In this document: positions 9,228 to 20,240 of the stretch, in pieces
Numbering within the stretch: the stretch's first letter is position 1
Layout of the letters: each line of letters begins with the position of its first letter
Assembly (NCBI GenBank): GCA_017608045.1
Contig: JAFCGN010000002.1
Coordinates: forward strand, 24,596 to 88,595
Length of the DNA stretch: 64,000 nt
Source of the DNA: Candidatus Parvarchaeota archaeon
Lineage (GTDB): Archaea > Nanobdellota > Nanobdellia > JAFCGN01
Direction of reading: 5' to 3'
Notes under the pieces: generated by a model
What the model was told of the DNA's origin: nothing
What the model saw: only the letters and a program-made list of their open reading frames with translations
Database searches by the model: none
Made by a program: the position numbers and the translations under genes

Positions 9228-12225
9228 TGCCGTGCATAAATGAGTATTGCCAATTCTAAAATAAGAGTTTTCGTCCGATTAGTAGCTGTAGGCTGAACAC
9301 CTCGTTGCCTTGGTGCTTACACCCCAGCTCTATCAACGCAGTCTTCTACTGCAGGACTTCAACGGTATCTCTTTTCGCGGCGGACTTCGAGCTTAGATGC
9401 TTTCAGCTCTTATTCCTTACGGCGTAGCTACTCAGCATGCCTTTTCAGACAACTGATACACCAGAGGCCGCGAGAATTCGTTCCTTTCGTACTAAAATTC
9501 CCTTCCGCTCAGATACCGGACACCTCCACCAGTTAACAACCATACTGCCTCGCAGCGTATTGAACCCAGCTCACGATCCCTTTTAATCGGTGAACACCCG
9601 CACCCTTGGCCGCCGCTGCGCGACCAGGATAGGAAGAGCCGACATCGATGAAGCAAGCCTCGCCGTCGATAGGAGCTCTAGGGCGAGACGACTCTGTTAT
9701 CCCCAGGGTAACTTTTCTGTCATACATGAGCCTCAGTAATTGGCAGCATGTGTTCGCTAAGCCCAGCTTTCGCTTCTGGATTCCTTGCTCTTTGGAATCC
9801 AGTCAGACCAACTTTTGCCTTTACACTCTACTCCGGAGTTCTGGCCCGGATGAGTTGATCTTTGGGCGCCGGTGATGTCTTATCGCCGGCGTACCACCCC
9901 AGCCAAACTGCCCACCTGCTACTGTCCCATTAATCAACTTAATGGTTAGTTATACAGGCAATGTAGGACGGTGTCTCATCGTTGACTCAGAATGTCTTTC
10001 GACAATTCGTCGGCGTCTCCCGTCTACTCTTCACTACACAACCCATACAACAATAACAAGCTGCAGTAAAGCTCCTGGGGTCTTCGCGACCCGCTGGAGG
10101 TCCCTGGTCTTTACACCAGGAAAATGTGTTCGCAGGATCCATGTTGGGGACAGCGGGAACCTAGTTATGCCGTTCGCAAAGCCATCATTTAAATGGCAAG
10201 GCATTGCGCTTGCTTAAGAAGGTTACAGTTACCTCCGCCGTTTACCAGTCTTTAGGCCCGTTGAACCAGGCTTTAGGATACTGGCACTGGGCAGGCATCG
10301 GCGACTATTCACATCGTTACCGACTAGCAGTCACCTATGTTTTTGTTAAACAGTCCGGCTCCCCTTGTCAGTGCCCCCAGCAATAGCTCATCACTATTGC
10401 TGGGACTCCTTATCCCGAAGTTACGGAGCTAATTTGCCGAATTCCCTCAACTATGGTTAATCCTACACGCCTTAGCCTTCTCAGCTAGGGGCACCTGTGT
10501 CGGTTCTCGGTACGGTCACCAAGAATCCTTACAGAACAGCTTTTCACGGACTCCAGGGCTCAATTTAATCCCCCTTAAGGGAGACCATTCCCAAGTTTGC
10601 CCTGCTTCTCCTCATTACGAGACTCCGCAGGCCTATCTTGGTTAGACACAACGAAGATTGTGCTAAATCTACCCCAAAGCGTCACTGTTCTGTCTTGTGT
10701 TGCCACACGTATCTTGGTGGTACAGGAATATTAACCTGTTTCCCTTTTGGGCACGACCAGTTAGGAATGCCCTTAGGATCGACTAACCCTCAGCTGACGA
10801 ACAGTGCTGAGGAACCCTAGCCCCTTCGGCGACAGAGATTCTCACTCTGCTATGTTGCTACTACCGCCAAGATTCTCAATTCTGAACGGTCCACAAGAAC
10901 TCACGCCCTTGCTTCTGCCCGAACAGAACGCCTCCCTACCCACTCTTTACAGAGCGCCAAGGTCTCGGTACCTTGTTTAGTCCCGTCCATTTTCTCCGCA
11001 TTGATTCTCGGTAGGTGAGCTGTTACGCTTTCTTTAAAGGATGGCTGCTTCTAAGCCTACCTCCCTACTGTTTATGAATCAACACAAGATTTATCACTTA
11101 ACAAGGATTTTGGGACCTTAACCTTGGTCTGGGTTGTTCCCCTCTCGGATATCAGGCTTACCCCGATACCCCGTCTCCCACCTTCTACGATACAACAGCA
11201 TTCGGAGTTTGACTGGAAGCCGAGGAATTTCTTCCCCTGCACTCCCGATCAGTAGCTCTACCACTGTTGTAATCTCTGGTGAGGCTGGACTAAGGTCCAC
11301 TTCGGGAGGAACCAGATATTGCCGTGCACGATTAGCATATCACTCCTAAACGCAGGTCATGGGATCGCTTGCACACAGAACCCCTTCAGACTTCCACGCC
11401 CCTTTTGGAGGCGCTTCATCTTGCCCACGCTTAGATCGCACGGATTCGGGTGTCATACCAATGACTACAGGCGCTATTCACACCTCGAGCCTCGCCACAC
11501 AAAGTGGTTGCGCTCAGTCGCTTTCGCTTCGGCTAACCAATTGCTGTTGGCTTAACCTCGCCATTGACATGAACTCCTTGGCTCTTTATCCAAAAGGAAG
11601 ACTGCAACCCTGACTTACGTCTTTCAGGCCGCAGCACACTATAACTGTTAGGTTTCAAGATCTTTTCAACAGCATATTTTGCTTACTTTTCAGCTTTCCC
11701 TCACGGTACTATACGCTATCGGTTTCAGCACGTATTTAGAGTTGGAAGTTACTGACTCCCATCTTCCATGAGGAATTCCAACCCCATGTACTCTGGAACA
11801 CTCTTCCATCTTCAACAGCTTCCTGTACGGGACTTTCACCCTCTTTGGTGCAACGTTTCAGTTGACTTGCAGTCACTATTGAAGATTTTAATAGAGGTCC
11901 TAAATCCACATCTCCATTGCATTACTGCAACAGATTCAGATTGCCCTTTGCTCTTTTCACTCGCCGTTACTAAGAGCATCTCATTTGATTTCTTTTCCTG
12001 CGGGTACTAAGATGATTCAATTCCCCGCGTTCCCGATCGCATATGCGAACAACATCCGAAGATGTTTGGAATCCTATTAGGGAATCTCTGGTTCAAAGGC
12101 TGCATGCGCCTACCCAGAGCTTATCGCAGCTTGCCACGCCCTTCATCGGCGGCTGAACCAAGCTATCCACCTAACAGCGTCTTTACTCTTACCTTAGTTG
12201 AACACATACTCATTTATGCACGGCA
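9228..12225. repeat. 20-bp inverted repeat (9228-9247 / 12206-12225) forming the 23S pre-rRNA processing stem
   Basis: TGCCGTGCATAAATGAGTAT and its exact reverse complement flank the 23S gene. Confidence 0.85.
9263..12190 (-). rRNA. rrl: 23S rRNA (no adjacent 16S or 5S; ends approximate)
   Basis: Reverse strand carries GGGAUAACAG, CGAUGUCGGCUC, GAGCUGGGUU and the sarcin-ricin loop AGUACGAAAGGAAC. Terminal helix AAGAGU/ACUCUU. About 2.93 kb, so no room for a large intron. Confidence 0.97.
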
Positions 12226-12470
12226 GTCATCATGATTTGTGGTTTTCTTGGTTTAAAACCAACACTTCTCAAACCACTTTGCCATCACATAGCAACTCTG
12301 CAGTGTGCTATGCTCATATGATTTTATTTAAGCATAAAATGCTTTTAAGCACAAATTATTCTTTACTATTTAAAGGTTTTTGTGTTTCTTTCACGCATTT
12401 TTCAGTGTTGCGTCACTATTAGAATTCTCAGGGTCGCCCCATCACGGAGTATTATTTTCTTAAAAAAACT

Positions 12471-12480
12471 TATTTATAAA
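12471..12480 (-). promoter_or_regulatory. Putative TATA box of the 23S transcription unit
   Basis: TTTATAAATA on the minus strand about 30 nt upstream of the structured leader beginning near 12450. Confidence 0.55.
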
Positions 12481-12687
12481 GATTACTATGAAAAAAACAC
12501 TTTTTATTTGAATATTATTTACTTAATGAATTTTATTAAATCTTTTTTAATTAAAAAACAAACTACTCTTTTATTTAATTAATATATTAATAAAGAAGAT
12601 GTTTAACGAAAGCGATTAATAAATTATTTGAATCCTTTAAGGTTTATTTCACAATATTTTTATAATTATTGCGATTTAAATCGTTTA

Positions 12688-13413
12688 ATGAAGCTTTACT
12701 TGGTACGTCATGCTCAAAGAGGTTTTGGATTAAAATTTGATGAACTAACCCCTTTTGGTATTGAACAAGCAAAAAGACTTGCTTATTTTTTTAAAAACAA
12801 AAAAGTTGATGTTGTTTATTGCAGTATAAATAATAGAGCAAAACAAACTTTAGAATACTTAAAACCTTTTCTTAAAAATGCAACAATTAAGTATACTAAA
12901 ATGATTAAGCAACACAATGTTCCTGAAGAAGTTGGTGAAGATGCGTTTAAAGTTTTAAAATTAAAAGAGCATGTTGAGTCAGAAGAAAGTTTAGAGAAAA
13001 GAACACAAAGATTCTTGAATTTTTTAAAGAAAAAACACAAAAAACATAGTGTTTTAGTTATTAGTCATAAAGAAGTTATAAAATCCTTGATTTGCAGGAT
13101 ATTAAATTTTCCTCCTACTGAGAAGATTTATATTAACAAGCTTCATAGTGCGAGCGTGTCTTCTTTTGATATTGACAATAATTTTAGAATAAAAAAATTT
13201 GTTATTGGGGATATAACTCATTTGATGAAGAATCCTTCATATCCTGTGAATAAAGTTCAAATTACAAGAGAAATAGGATGTCCAATTGTAAGAGCAGTGA
13301 TTCCAAAGAATGATAAGAATAATACTTTTTCTTGGTTAGAGAAAAACTATAAATTTAAACTTAAAGAAAATAAAAAATACAGTAATTATTTGATTCTTGA
13401 AATGAAGTTTTAA
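12688..13413 (+). CDS. Histidine phosphatase family protein
   Basis: LYLVRHA, LTPFGIEQA, RAKQT, VLVISH. Confidence 0.87.
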   Translation: MKLYLVRHAQRGFGLKFDELTPFGIEQAKRLAYFFKNKKVDVVYCSINNRAKQTLEYLKPFLKNATIKYTKMIKQHNVPEEVGEDAFKVLKLKEHVESEESLEKRTQRFLNFLKKKHKKHSVLVISHKEVIKSLICRILNFPPTEKIYINKLHSASVSSFDIDNNFRIKKFVIGDITHLMKNPSYPVNKVQITREIGCPIVRAVIPKNDKNNTFSWLEKNYKFKLKENKKYSNYLILEMKF

Positions 13414-14075
13414 TTTTTTACTTTTGAAACTTTTTTTGCATTTACATAATATTCAACAATCAAGAAAATCTGAAAATAATTAATTGCAGGCACCATTATT
13501 AACATAATTATGGTTGCAAGCATTATTTGTAAAAATAAAGAAGGAAGGAGAAGGGTAATAAGAAAAGCAATAAAAGGTATAATTAACAGAACTAAAGTGC
13601 CAACAAATATTTTTAATAAAGTGAAGAAGTAATCACTCCATGTTTTGCTAAATATCTTCCATGTTTTTTTGAGATTAAATGCTCTTTCTGCTTTTTTTGT
13701 TTCAACATATCTCATAATAAGAATGTTTGATAATCCGCTTAAAATAAAACCTGTAATCATGCCACTAAATAAAAATAAACTAAGGTATATATTTAATAAA
13801 TTAAATATTAATCCTATTACTTCTTGAACAATTACTGTTATAATACCAATAACAAATAAAAATGCAAAAAAGCGAAAACCTATATTGAAATTTGTCCAAT
13901 ACTCTCCAAAATCAGGAGTTTTTTTATAATTGCCTTTAAGTATTTCTTTACTTATTTTGAAAATGTAACCCATTAATGGAAACCATCCAAAAATAGGCAC
14001 TAAGATTAACCAATAGACTATTAAGCTTTTGGGATTACTAAAAGGATATTTTATTGCAGATTCAAACGTATCCAT
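13410..14075 (-). CDS. DUF4013-like membrane protein
   Basis: AIKYPF...ILVPIFGWFPLMGY...GFRF pattern, multiple TM helices. Confidence 0.72.
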   Translation of the reverse strand: MDTFESAIKYPFSNPKSLIVYWLILVPIFGWFPLMGYIFKISKEILKGNYKKTPDFGEYWTNFNIGFRFFAFLFVIGIITVIVQEVIGLIFNLLNIYLSLFLFSGMITGFILSGLSNILIMRYVETKKAERAFNLKKTWKIFSKTWSDYFFTLLKIFVGTLVLLIIPFIAFLITLLLPSLFLQIMLATIIMLIMVPAINYFQIFLIVEYYVNAKKVSKVKN

Positions 14076-14127
14076 ATTATCTACTTAGGAGAATTCTGTT
14101 TTTTAAATTTATGTTTTATTTAGCTTG

Positions 14128-14766
14128 TTATATGACTTTTATTAATTTAGTTAATTCGCTTATTTTGTTTATTCTATAAAACTTTAAGCCATTTGTTTTT
14201 ATTTCTCTTTTGCCAACAATTATTGTTTTTACTTTGGCTTTGTTTCCCATAATAGCATCTATTGTAGTATCTCCAACATAAACAACTTCATTGTTTTTTA
14301 AAGAATATTCTTTCATTATTTTTTTTATTCCTTCAGTGCTTGGTTTATGTTTTTTTATGTCATTTCTGCTTAAAACTTTTTTAAAATATTTTTTGATTTT
14401 ATAGTTTTCAAGAATTTTTTTCATAACAGGCTTTTCATTATTTGTTATTATGAAAAGTAAGTATTTCTTGCTGAGGATTTCAAGAGTTTTCACAGAATTT
14501 GAAAATAATTTTGCTTTTTTGATTAAATAATTTTTAAAGTAATGTTTATGCGCCCAATCAATCATTCTTTTGAATTCTTCTTTGCTTATGCTTCCTGTTA
14601 AGTCATGTATCCACTCGTCTGTTGTTTTTCCATAAGACGCGTCTATTTTTTCTTTTGGAACTTCTTTAAAACCAAATATTTTGAGCATGTCATTAAAAAA
14701 AGAAAAAATTGCTTTTTTACTATCTAATAAGACACCGTCAATATCAAAAATTACTGCTTTTATCAT
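14128..14766 (-). CDS. HAD superfamily hydrolase
   Basis: VIFDIDGVLLDS, ITN, KPS, YVGDT..D. Confidence 0.9.
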   Translation of the reverse strand: MIKAVIFDIDGVLLDSKKAIFSFFNDMLKIFGFKEVPKEKIDASYGKTTDEWIHDLTGSISKEEFKRMIDWAHKHYFKNYLIKKAKLFSNSVKTLEILSKKYLLFIITNNEKPVMKKILENYKIKKYFKKVLSRNDIKKHKPSTEGIKKIMKEYSLKNNEVVYVGDTTIDAIMGNKAKVKTIIVGKREIKTNGLKFYRINKISELTKLIKVI

Positions 14767-14871
14767 CTGAGATTTTTTTAATACATTTGTTCCTTATTTA
14801 ATTTTTTAAGTTTTATTCTTTTAAAAAATCAATAGGTAATATTTTAAACATCTATTTTTTAGTTTAAACTT

Positions 14872-15414
14872 ATGAAAAAATTTTTAGCCATTATAACAAC
14901 AGCTTTGCTGTTTGGTTGTACTGGCATCACAGGAGGTTTTACTATGAGTGGTGTAAAAAATGGAGACCATGTTTGGGTTGATTATGTAGGGACATTAAAT
15001 GATGGAACACTATTTGATACAAGTATAGAATCTGTTGCAAGAGAACATAATGCATATCAGGAAGGAAGAGGTTATGCTCCAATTGATTTTGTGGTTGGTG
15101 AACACAAGGTTATTCCTGGTTTTGAACAAGGGGTTTTAGGAATGAAGGTTGGAGAAACAAAAAAAATAGTTTTAACGCCTGAACAAGCATATGGTTACCC
15201 TGATCCTAAGATGATAATTGCTCTGCCTAAAGAACAGCTTTCCGCACAATTAGGAGGGGATGTAAGCATAAAAAAAGGAATGATTCTAATAACTAACCAA
15301 AACATGCAAGGAATTATTACAGATGTTAATGAAACAGATGTTGTAGTAGATTTTAACAATCCACTTGCAGGTAAAACTTTAAATTTTGAAGTTACTCTTG
15401 TTAAGAAAGAGTAA
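14872..15414 (+). CDS. slyD: FKBP-type peptidyl-prolyl isomerase (SlyD-like) with lipoprotein-like signal
   Basis: VDYVG.L.DG.LFDTS, VIPGFE, PEQAYG, VDFNNPLAGKTLNF; N-terminal MKK-hydrophobic-LFGC. Confidence 0.88.
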   Translation: MKKFLAIITTALLFGCTGITGGFTMSGVKNGDHVWVDYVGTLNDGTLFDTSIESVAREHNAYQEGRGYAPIDFVVGEHKVIPGFEQGVLGMKVGETKKIVLTPEQAYGYPDPKMIIALPKEQLSAQLGGDVSIKKGMILITNQNMQGIITDVNETDVVVDFNNPLAGKTLNFEVTLVKKE

Positions 15415-15451
15415 AAAATAAAACTTATTATTTTTTTTATTGTTAAAATTA

Positions 15452-15781
15452 TTATTTAAAAAGATCTTCTAATTTAATTTCATGTTGATTTTTATTAGAA
15501 TCCTCGATTGTTATTCTTATTTCTTTTTTGAAGAATTTTTTCTTTAAATAAACATCAATTATTTTGAAAAATTTGTTATTATGATTTATTTGTTTGCCTA
15601 CCCATTGGTTTCCGAGAATTCTTATTAGAGAATAATATGATTTTTTAGAAAACTGTGCTTTAACAGTTTTCCTGTTAATATAAAAAAGAGAATCTTGTTC
15701 AATTCTTTCTTTTTTTGGAATTTTAGAATAAGGTTTTCTTGTTCTAATAGGTGTTATGTTAGGTATTTTATAAATTGTCAT
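15452..15781 (-). CDS. Hypothetical protein, 109 aa, basic
   Basis: ORF only. Confidence 0.55.
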   Translation of the reverse strand: MTIYKIPNITPIRTRKPYSKIPKKERIEQDSLFYINRKTVKAQFSKKSYYSLIRILGNQWVGKQINHNNKFFKIIDVYLKKKFFKKEIRITIEDSNKNQHEIKLEDLFK

Positions 15782-15831
15782 GATTAGGATAGAAATTTGG
15801 TTTGTTTTTAAATTTTGTTATTAATAATAAT

Positions 15832-16920
15832 TTAAATCCAATCCTTGTTTTCAATTTTTGTGGGTAAATACTCTTTTGCAGCAAATTCAATTCCTTTCAT
15901 CACTAATGCATCTTGTTCTATTTTATTTCCAAATTTTTTAAGTTCTTTTAATTCTTTTTGCCATTCTTTTGTTTGAAACCAAGCGTATTTGCTTAATTCT
16001 TTGAGTCTTTTATAATCCTGATCCCCCATTTTAATAAAAGAATCTTGCGGCATATTATAATTTTTTACATCACTCATTTTGAATCCAAGAAACTTTGCTT
16101 TTGGAACACCGCTTTTTTCACTGAAATACGCTAAGTTAATACTTCCTTGTTTATACACGCTATAAATGTAATACCCCCAAGGATCCATATCTGTGAAGAT
16201 GTAAACAGGCAGTTTTAACTCAGTATGCATTCTTTTTAAAATTCTTCTTTCTGCCCTGCTTGGTTGACCTTTTCCTGTTAAAAGCAAACAATTATTTTTC
16301 TTCCAATACTTGTCTTCATTTAATCTTGCCCAAACCGCATCTTTCTCTACTACAAGAATGTATTCTGCATTGCAATCTTTGAATTTAACAACATCAGGTT
16401 CTACAATTCCTGGCACACCATAACCAGCACTGCCTAATTTACTTAAATCAATTTCATCACCACTATCTATTATTGTTATAGGTCCTGCAAGAACGCCTTT
16501 ACTACTTGCAAATAAATTTAGGTTTTCTCTTAATACATCAATAAGCACTTCAATGTCTTCAATAATTGGGTCGCTTTCATCCTGCGTGTCAAATGTGTTT
16601 TCTTTAAAACCAGGAATTGTGTGTTTTAATGTGTAAAAAAGCTGACGAATACTTAATGTTTTGTTTTGTTCAACCAACCATTTTATTCTGTCTGCTATGA
16701 GTATTGTTTGCATGAATTTTTTGGATTGCCCTATGTTGAAATAATATCTTTCTTGAAAGGAATCTTTTAATTTTATTAATCCTGTGTTTTCATCATAATA
16801 AACATTGCTTAAACTTCTGAGAGGTATGTTTAATGCAGGATTCTCGCCTTTCTTTAAATCATTTATTACTTTTATTCCAAGTTTAACTAATTTTTCTATT
16901 ATTTCTTTATCTGTTAACAT
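15832..16920 (-). CDS. top6A: DNA topoisomerase VI subunit A
   Basis: SIRQLFY catalytic Tyr region, QDESD, VVEKDA, DMDPWG toprim motifs. Confidence 0.95.
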   Translation of the reverse strand: MLTDKEIIEKLVKLGIKVINDLKKGENPALNIPLRSLSNVYYDENTGLIKLKDSFQERYYFNIGQSKKFMQTILIADRIKWLVEQNKTLSIRQLFYTLKHTIPGFKENTFDTQDESDPIIEDIEVLIDVLRENLNLFASSKGVLAGPITIIDSGDEIDLSKLGSAGYGVPGIVEPDVVKFKDCNAEYILVVEKDAVWARLNEDKYWKKNNCLLLTGKGQPSRAERRILKRMHTELKLPVYIFTDMDPWGYYIYSVYKQGSINLAYFSEKSGVPKAKFLGFKMSDVKNYNMPQDSFIKMGDQDYKRLKELSKYAWFQTKEWQKELKELKKFGNKIEQDALVMKGIEFAAKEYLPTKIENKDWI

Positions 16921-18847
16921 AATCATCACCATACCTTTTAGTTAAGCATTCTTTCATAATTTTTTCAACTTCTTTTTCATTTTTTCCAGTCAATCTTGAT
17001 AATGCGAGCACAAGTTCTGTAGAGTATTTAACAAAAATATTTATTCTTTGTTTTTTTCTTTGTTCTCTATGCCTTCTTCTTAAATAATTGTTTAATTGTC
17101 TTGCACATTCTTGAAGTGCAAGTTTTATTTCTTTTAAGATTATTGGATAACTTGCTATTGCAGATTTACTCTCACTTGTAAATGGAACCCATACACTGCA
17201 AATATGAACTAAAATTGCTATTTTTCCTTGAGGGAGGCCTCTTCCACCACTTTGACTTAAACTATACCTCCTCCAATCCAAATCACTTACTGCTTTTGTA
17301 ATTGCACAACCCCCTCTTCCATACATTAAAGGCACTTTATTTGCAAATCTTATTAATCTTGTTTCATCTTTTAAATTTCCTCCATACGCAATTGCTGCTT
17401 CTATTTGAAATGGCATTCCACGATAAACTTCTGGTTCTCTTGTTACTGCAGTAACAAATTCTGGTTCAAATTCTGCTTTAAGTTCTTTTATTATTGCATC
17501 ATGGTCTATTGGACTTAAGCAATCTGTTGGAGGTTTCATTATGTTTGTGCTTTGAATTTTTTTAAGCAATGCTTCTACTTGTGCTCTTGTTAATTCAGAA
17601 GGTTTCATTTTTGGATTAAGCTTTGCTTTTTTTATGATTTCTTTTGCTTTTGACGCACCAATTCTGCTAAAATCTTGAGTTAAAAAAGATAAAAGACTTC
17701 TTTTATCTGTGTTCTTGCACATTCTTTGTAATGTTCCAATTTCTATTCCATGAGGATGCGCCTTTACTTTTAACGGCTCTTTTGGCGGTTTTTCTGTTGT
17801 TCTTTGAAAAATCGTTTTCTTGCCTGTTGGATCTATAAAAGTTATTTTAGCATAAGGATTTGCAATGCTTGTTAATCTTAAAAATTCAAAAATGCTTTTT
17901 TCGCCACTGCTTAAATAAGTGCCTTCAAGTTCAATCTCAATTCTTGTGCCATGTTCAAGAGTAAAATCATCATCAAAACCTTTTTCAATAATTTCTGGAC
18001 TATTGTTTAAAGTATCAATTAATAGTTTATAATAAACAGCAGGGTCTCGCGGACTTATTTTTGACACTACATAAGCAGGCCTTCCTGTTGTTAATTGCCC
18101 ATATAATACTGCAGCACTTATGCCAATACCTTGTTGGCCCCTGCTTTGTTTTCCTCCACCAAGTGATTGGAATTTAGAACCATAAAGTAATTTGCAAAAT
18201 ATTTTTGGAATTTGTTCTGGAACAATTCCCGGACCATTATCTTGAACACTAACAATGTATCTTGTGGTGGTTGTTTTTTTTGCAATAAATTTTTCTTTTA
18301 AGTCATTTACAATATATTCTATTTCATACTCTCCTTTATTGTTTTTACTTGCGAATATCTCAAATTCTTTATCTTTTAACTTGAAATTTGAAACTCTCTG
18401 CCTTTCAAACTTTATTTCTTTGTCATCTATTCTAATTATATTTTTCCCATCTTTCCTTATGCTTATTGTTCCCCTTCTTGTATTACTCTTATCAACAATC
18501 CTGAATTCCTCTTGTGCTTCACTAATTCTAACTTCTATGTCTGGAAGAACATGAATTATTTCTTTTTTTAAATTGCTAATCTTCTCCTTTAACTTTTTTG
18601 CTCTCTCACTATTTTTATCTTTAAGTTTTTGAATTTCTTTATAATATTTAAGCGCTCTTCGCTTTAATTCAAAAATAACTTCTTCACTTGCATCTAATGA
18701 ATTATCAACCGCTTCTTTAACACAAGTAAGTATTGCTTTTATTGGAGAGTCAAAACCAAGCAAATGCCTGTTTTTTTCAAAAAATTCTGCTACGCTTATG
18801 CTTTTCTGAGATTTTGCTAATTCATGCGCTATTGTATTCCCGTCCAT
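16907..18847 (-). CDS. top6B: DNA topoisomerase VI subunit B (with insertions)
   Basis: SVAEFFEKN, KEAVDNSLDA, DNGPGI, SRGQQGIGIS, RFANKVPL, VPFTSESK. Confidence 0.95.
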   Translation of the reverse strand: MDGNTIAHELAKSQKSISVAEFFEKNRHLLGFDSPIKAILTCVKEAVDNSLDASEEVIFELKRRALKYYKEIQKLKDKNSERAKKLKEKISNLKKEIIHVLPDIEVRISEAQEEFRIVDKSNTRRGTISIRKDGKNIIRIDDKEIKFERQRVSNFKLKDKEFEIFASKNNKGEYEIEYIVNDLKEKFIAKKTTTTRYIVSVQDNGPGIVPEQIPKIFCKLLYGSKFQSLGGGKQSRGQQGIGISAAVLYGQLTTGRPAYVVSKISPRDPAVYYKLLIDTLNNSPEIIEKGFDDDFTLEHGTRIEIELEGTYLSSGEKSIFEFLRLTSIANPYAKITFIDPTGKKTIFQRTTEKPPKEPLKVKAHPHGIEIGTLQRMCKNTDKRSLLSFLTQDFSRIGASKAKEIIKKAKLNPKMKPSELTRAQVEALLKKIQSTNIMKPPTDCLSPIDHDAIIKELKAEFEPEFVTAVTREPEVYRGMPFQIEAAIAYGGNLKDETRLIRFANKVPLMYGRGGCAITKAVSDLDWRRYSLSQSGGRGLPQGKIAILVHICSVWVPFTSESKSAIASYPIILKEIKLALQECARQLNNYLRRRHREQRKKQRINIFVKYSTELVLALSRLTGKNEKEVEKIMKECLTKRYGDDYVNR

Positions 18848-18926
18848 AATCTCCCTCCACAAAATCATTATTAACAACTTGTTTAAATAATTTGTTAGAA
18901 AAAAAACTCAATTTTTCCAAACAAAA

Positions 18927-19460
18927 CTAATAACCAAGCATTTTTTTCATTTTAATTTCTTTTCTTTTTCTTTCAAGAAAAGTAAAAACATTTGAATGTT
19001 TTGCCCCATTTATGAGCATTTCAATAGCATTTTTTGCTATTAAAACTTCTTCTACTTCTCCAATAATCCCTATGGTGTCTCCATAAACAATAACAATACA
19101 TTCTGTTGTTTCTTCTATCTTCTTTTTGCTCATGCCCTCTCTTCCAATAATTCTTGATTTTATCCTTACAATATTATTTTTATTTTTTGCATAATCATCT
19201 AAATCAATTAATTCAAAAGAATAATTCTCATTTTTTAATAATAATGCGTCTTCAACAGAAAACCCTCTGCCAATCGCTTTTATAATATGCTTTGCAAGAT
19301 AAACTTTGAAAGAGTTCTCCCCAATAATGTTAACTCTTCCATTGCTAAAAACCTTTAATTTAATATTAAGTTCTTTTTCTATTTTTTTCTTGGAATTCCC
19401 TTTTCTTCCAATCAGAAAACCAATTCTTTTTTCAGGGATTAACAATTCTTCTTCAAACAT
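18927..19460 (-). CDS. KH-domain rRNA processing protein (Dim2/Pno1 family)
   Basis: IGFLIGRKG, AIGRGFS, RIIGREG; located next to RIO1. Confidence 0.9.
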   Translation of the reverse strand: MFEEELLIPEKRIGFLIGRKGNSKKKIEKELNIKLKVFSNGRVNIIGENSFKVYLAKHIIKAIGRGFSVEDALLLKNENYSFELIDLDDYAKNKNNIVRIKSRIIGREGMSKKKIEETTECIVIVYGDTIGIIGEVEEVLIAKNAIEMLINGAKHSNVFTFLERKRKEIKMKKMLGY

Positions 19461-19463
19461 AAT

Positions 19464-20177
19464 TCACTCTTCCATTATTATTTTTTTAAATTTATCTATA
19501 AGCTTGTTATTTATTATAGTTCCTTTATTTTTAAACCATTTATTTATATTCTTTATATCTCTTTCCATGAATTCTAAAGCTCTTGGATGTTCTTTAACTA
19601 CTGCTTGCGCCCAATCAATTATAATTGGTTTTTCATTTTTGTTGAGAATATTGTATTCTGAAAAATCAGCATGAACAAGCCCAATTTTTAACATTTTTTC
19701 ATATTCTTTGATTATTAATTTATACATTTTATTCAATTTTTTAGGGTGTTGTATGTTAATAGGGCGTGAAGGACCTAATTTTTCATGAATGAATTCCATT
19801 AAAATTACATTTTTTAAGTTATAAATTGGTTTTGGAACAGCAACACCTCCCTCATATGCTTTAAGAAGATTCCTGTATTCCTTCTGTGCCCATAAAAAAA
19901 TGAGTTTTCTGAAATTTTTAGTTATTCTTGGAAATCTTGGGTCTCCTAAAATATAATCTTTTATTTTTTTAAAACCGCTTGTTTCTGTTTTAAAAATTTT
20001 AACAGCAATAAAACCTTCACTATTTTTTGCAAGGAATACATTTGCTTCTTTTCCTTCACTGATTATGCCTTTAAATTCTGAAAAATATCCTTTGTTCATT
20101 AATTGGTATAAAAGATTTATTGTGTAATCATCAAAAACTCCTTCATATATATCAAATTTTTCTTTATGTTTTTTCAT
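19464..20177 (-). CDS. rio1: RIO1 serine/threonine kinase
   Basis: ISEGKEANVF, WAQKEYRNL, LVHADFSEYNIL, IIDWAQAV. Confidence 0.93.
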   Translation of the reverse strand: MKKHKEKFDIYEGVFDDYTINLLYQLMNKGYFSEFKGIISEGKEANVFLAKNSEGFIAVKIFKTETSGFKKIKDYILGDPRFPRITKNFRKLIFLWAQKEYRNLLKAYEGGVAVPKPIYNLKNVILMEFIHEKLGPSRPINIQHPKKLNKMYKLIIKEYEKMLKIGLVHADFSEYNILNKNEKPIIIDWAQAVVKEHPRALEFMERDIKNINKWFKNKGTIINNKLIDKFKKIIMEE

Positions 20178-20240
20178 ATAAGGATTAAAGAGAATGTTCT
20201 TTAAAAAATTTTAAAAATAGTATTTTTTGGTTTAATTTGT

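Noticed and set aside
12240-12450. Possible 5S rRNA or tRNA next to 23S
   Set aside because: No 5S conserved motifs or cloverleaf; it lies upstream of 23S and is best read as leader
9533-12582. Short ORFs within the 23S gene and its leader
   Set aside because: Chance ORFs in rRNA
18265-18680. Intein in Top6B
   Set aside because: No splice-junction residues or LAGLIDADG motifs
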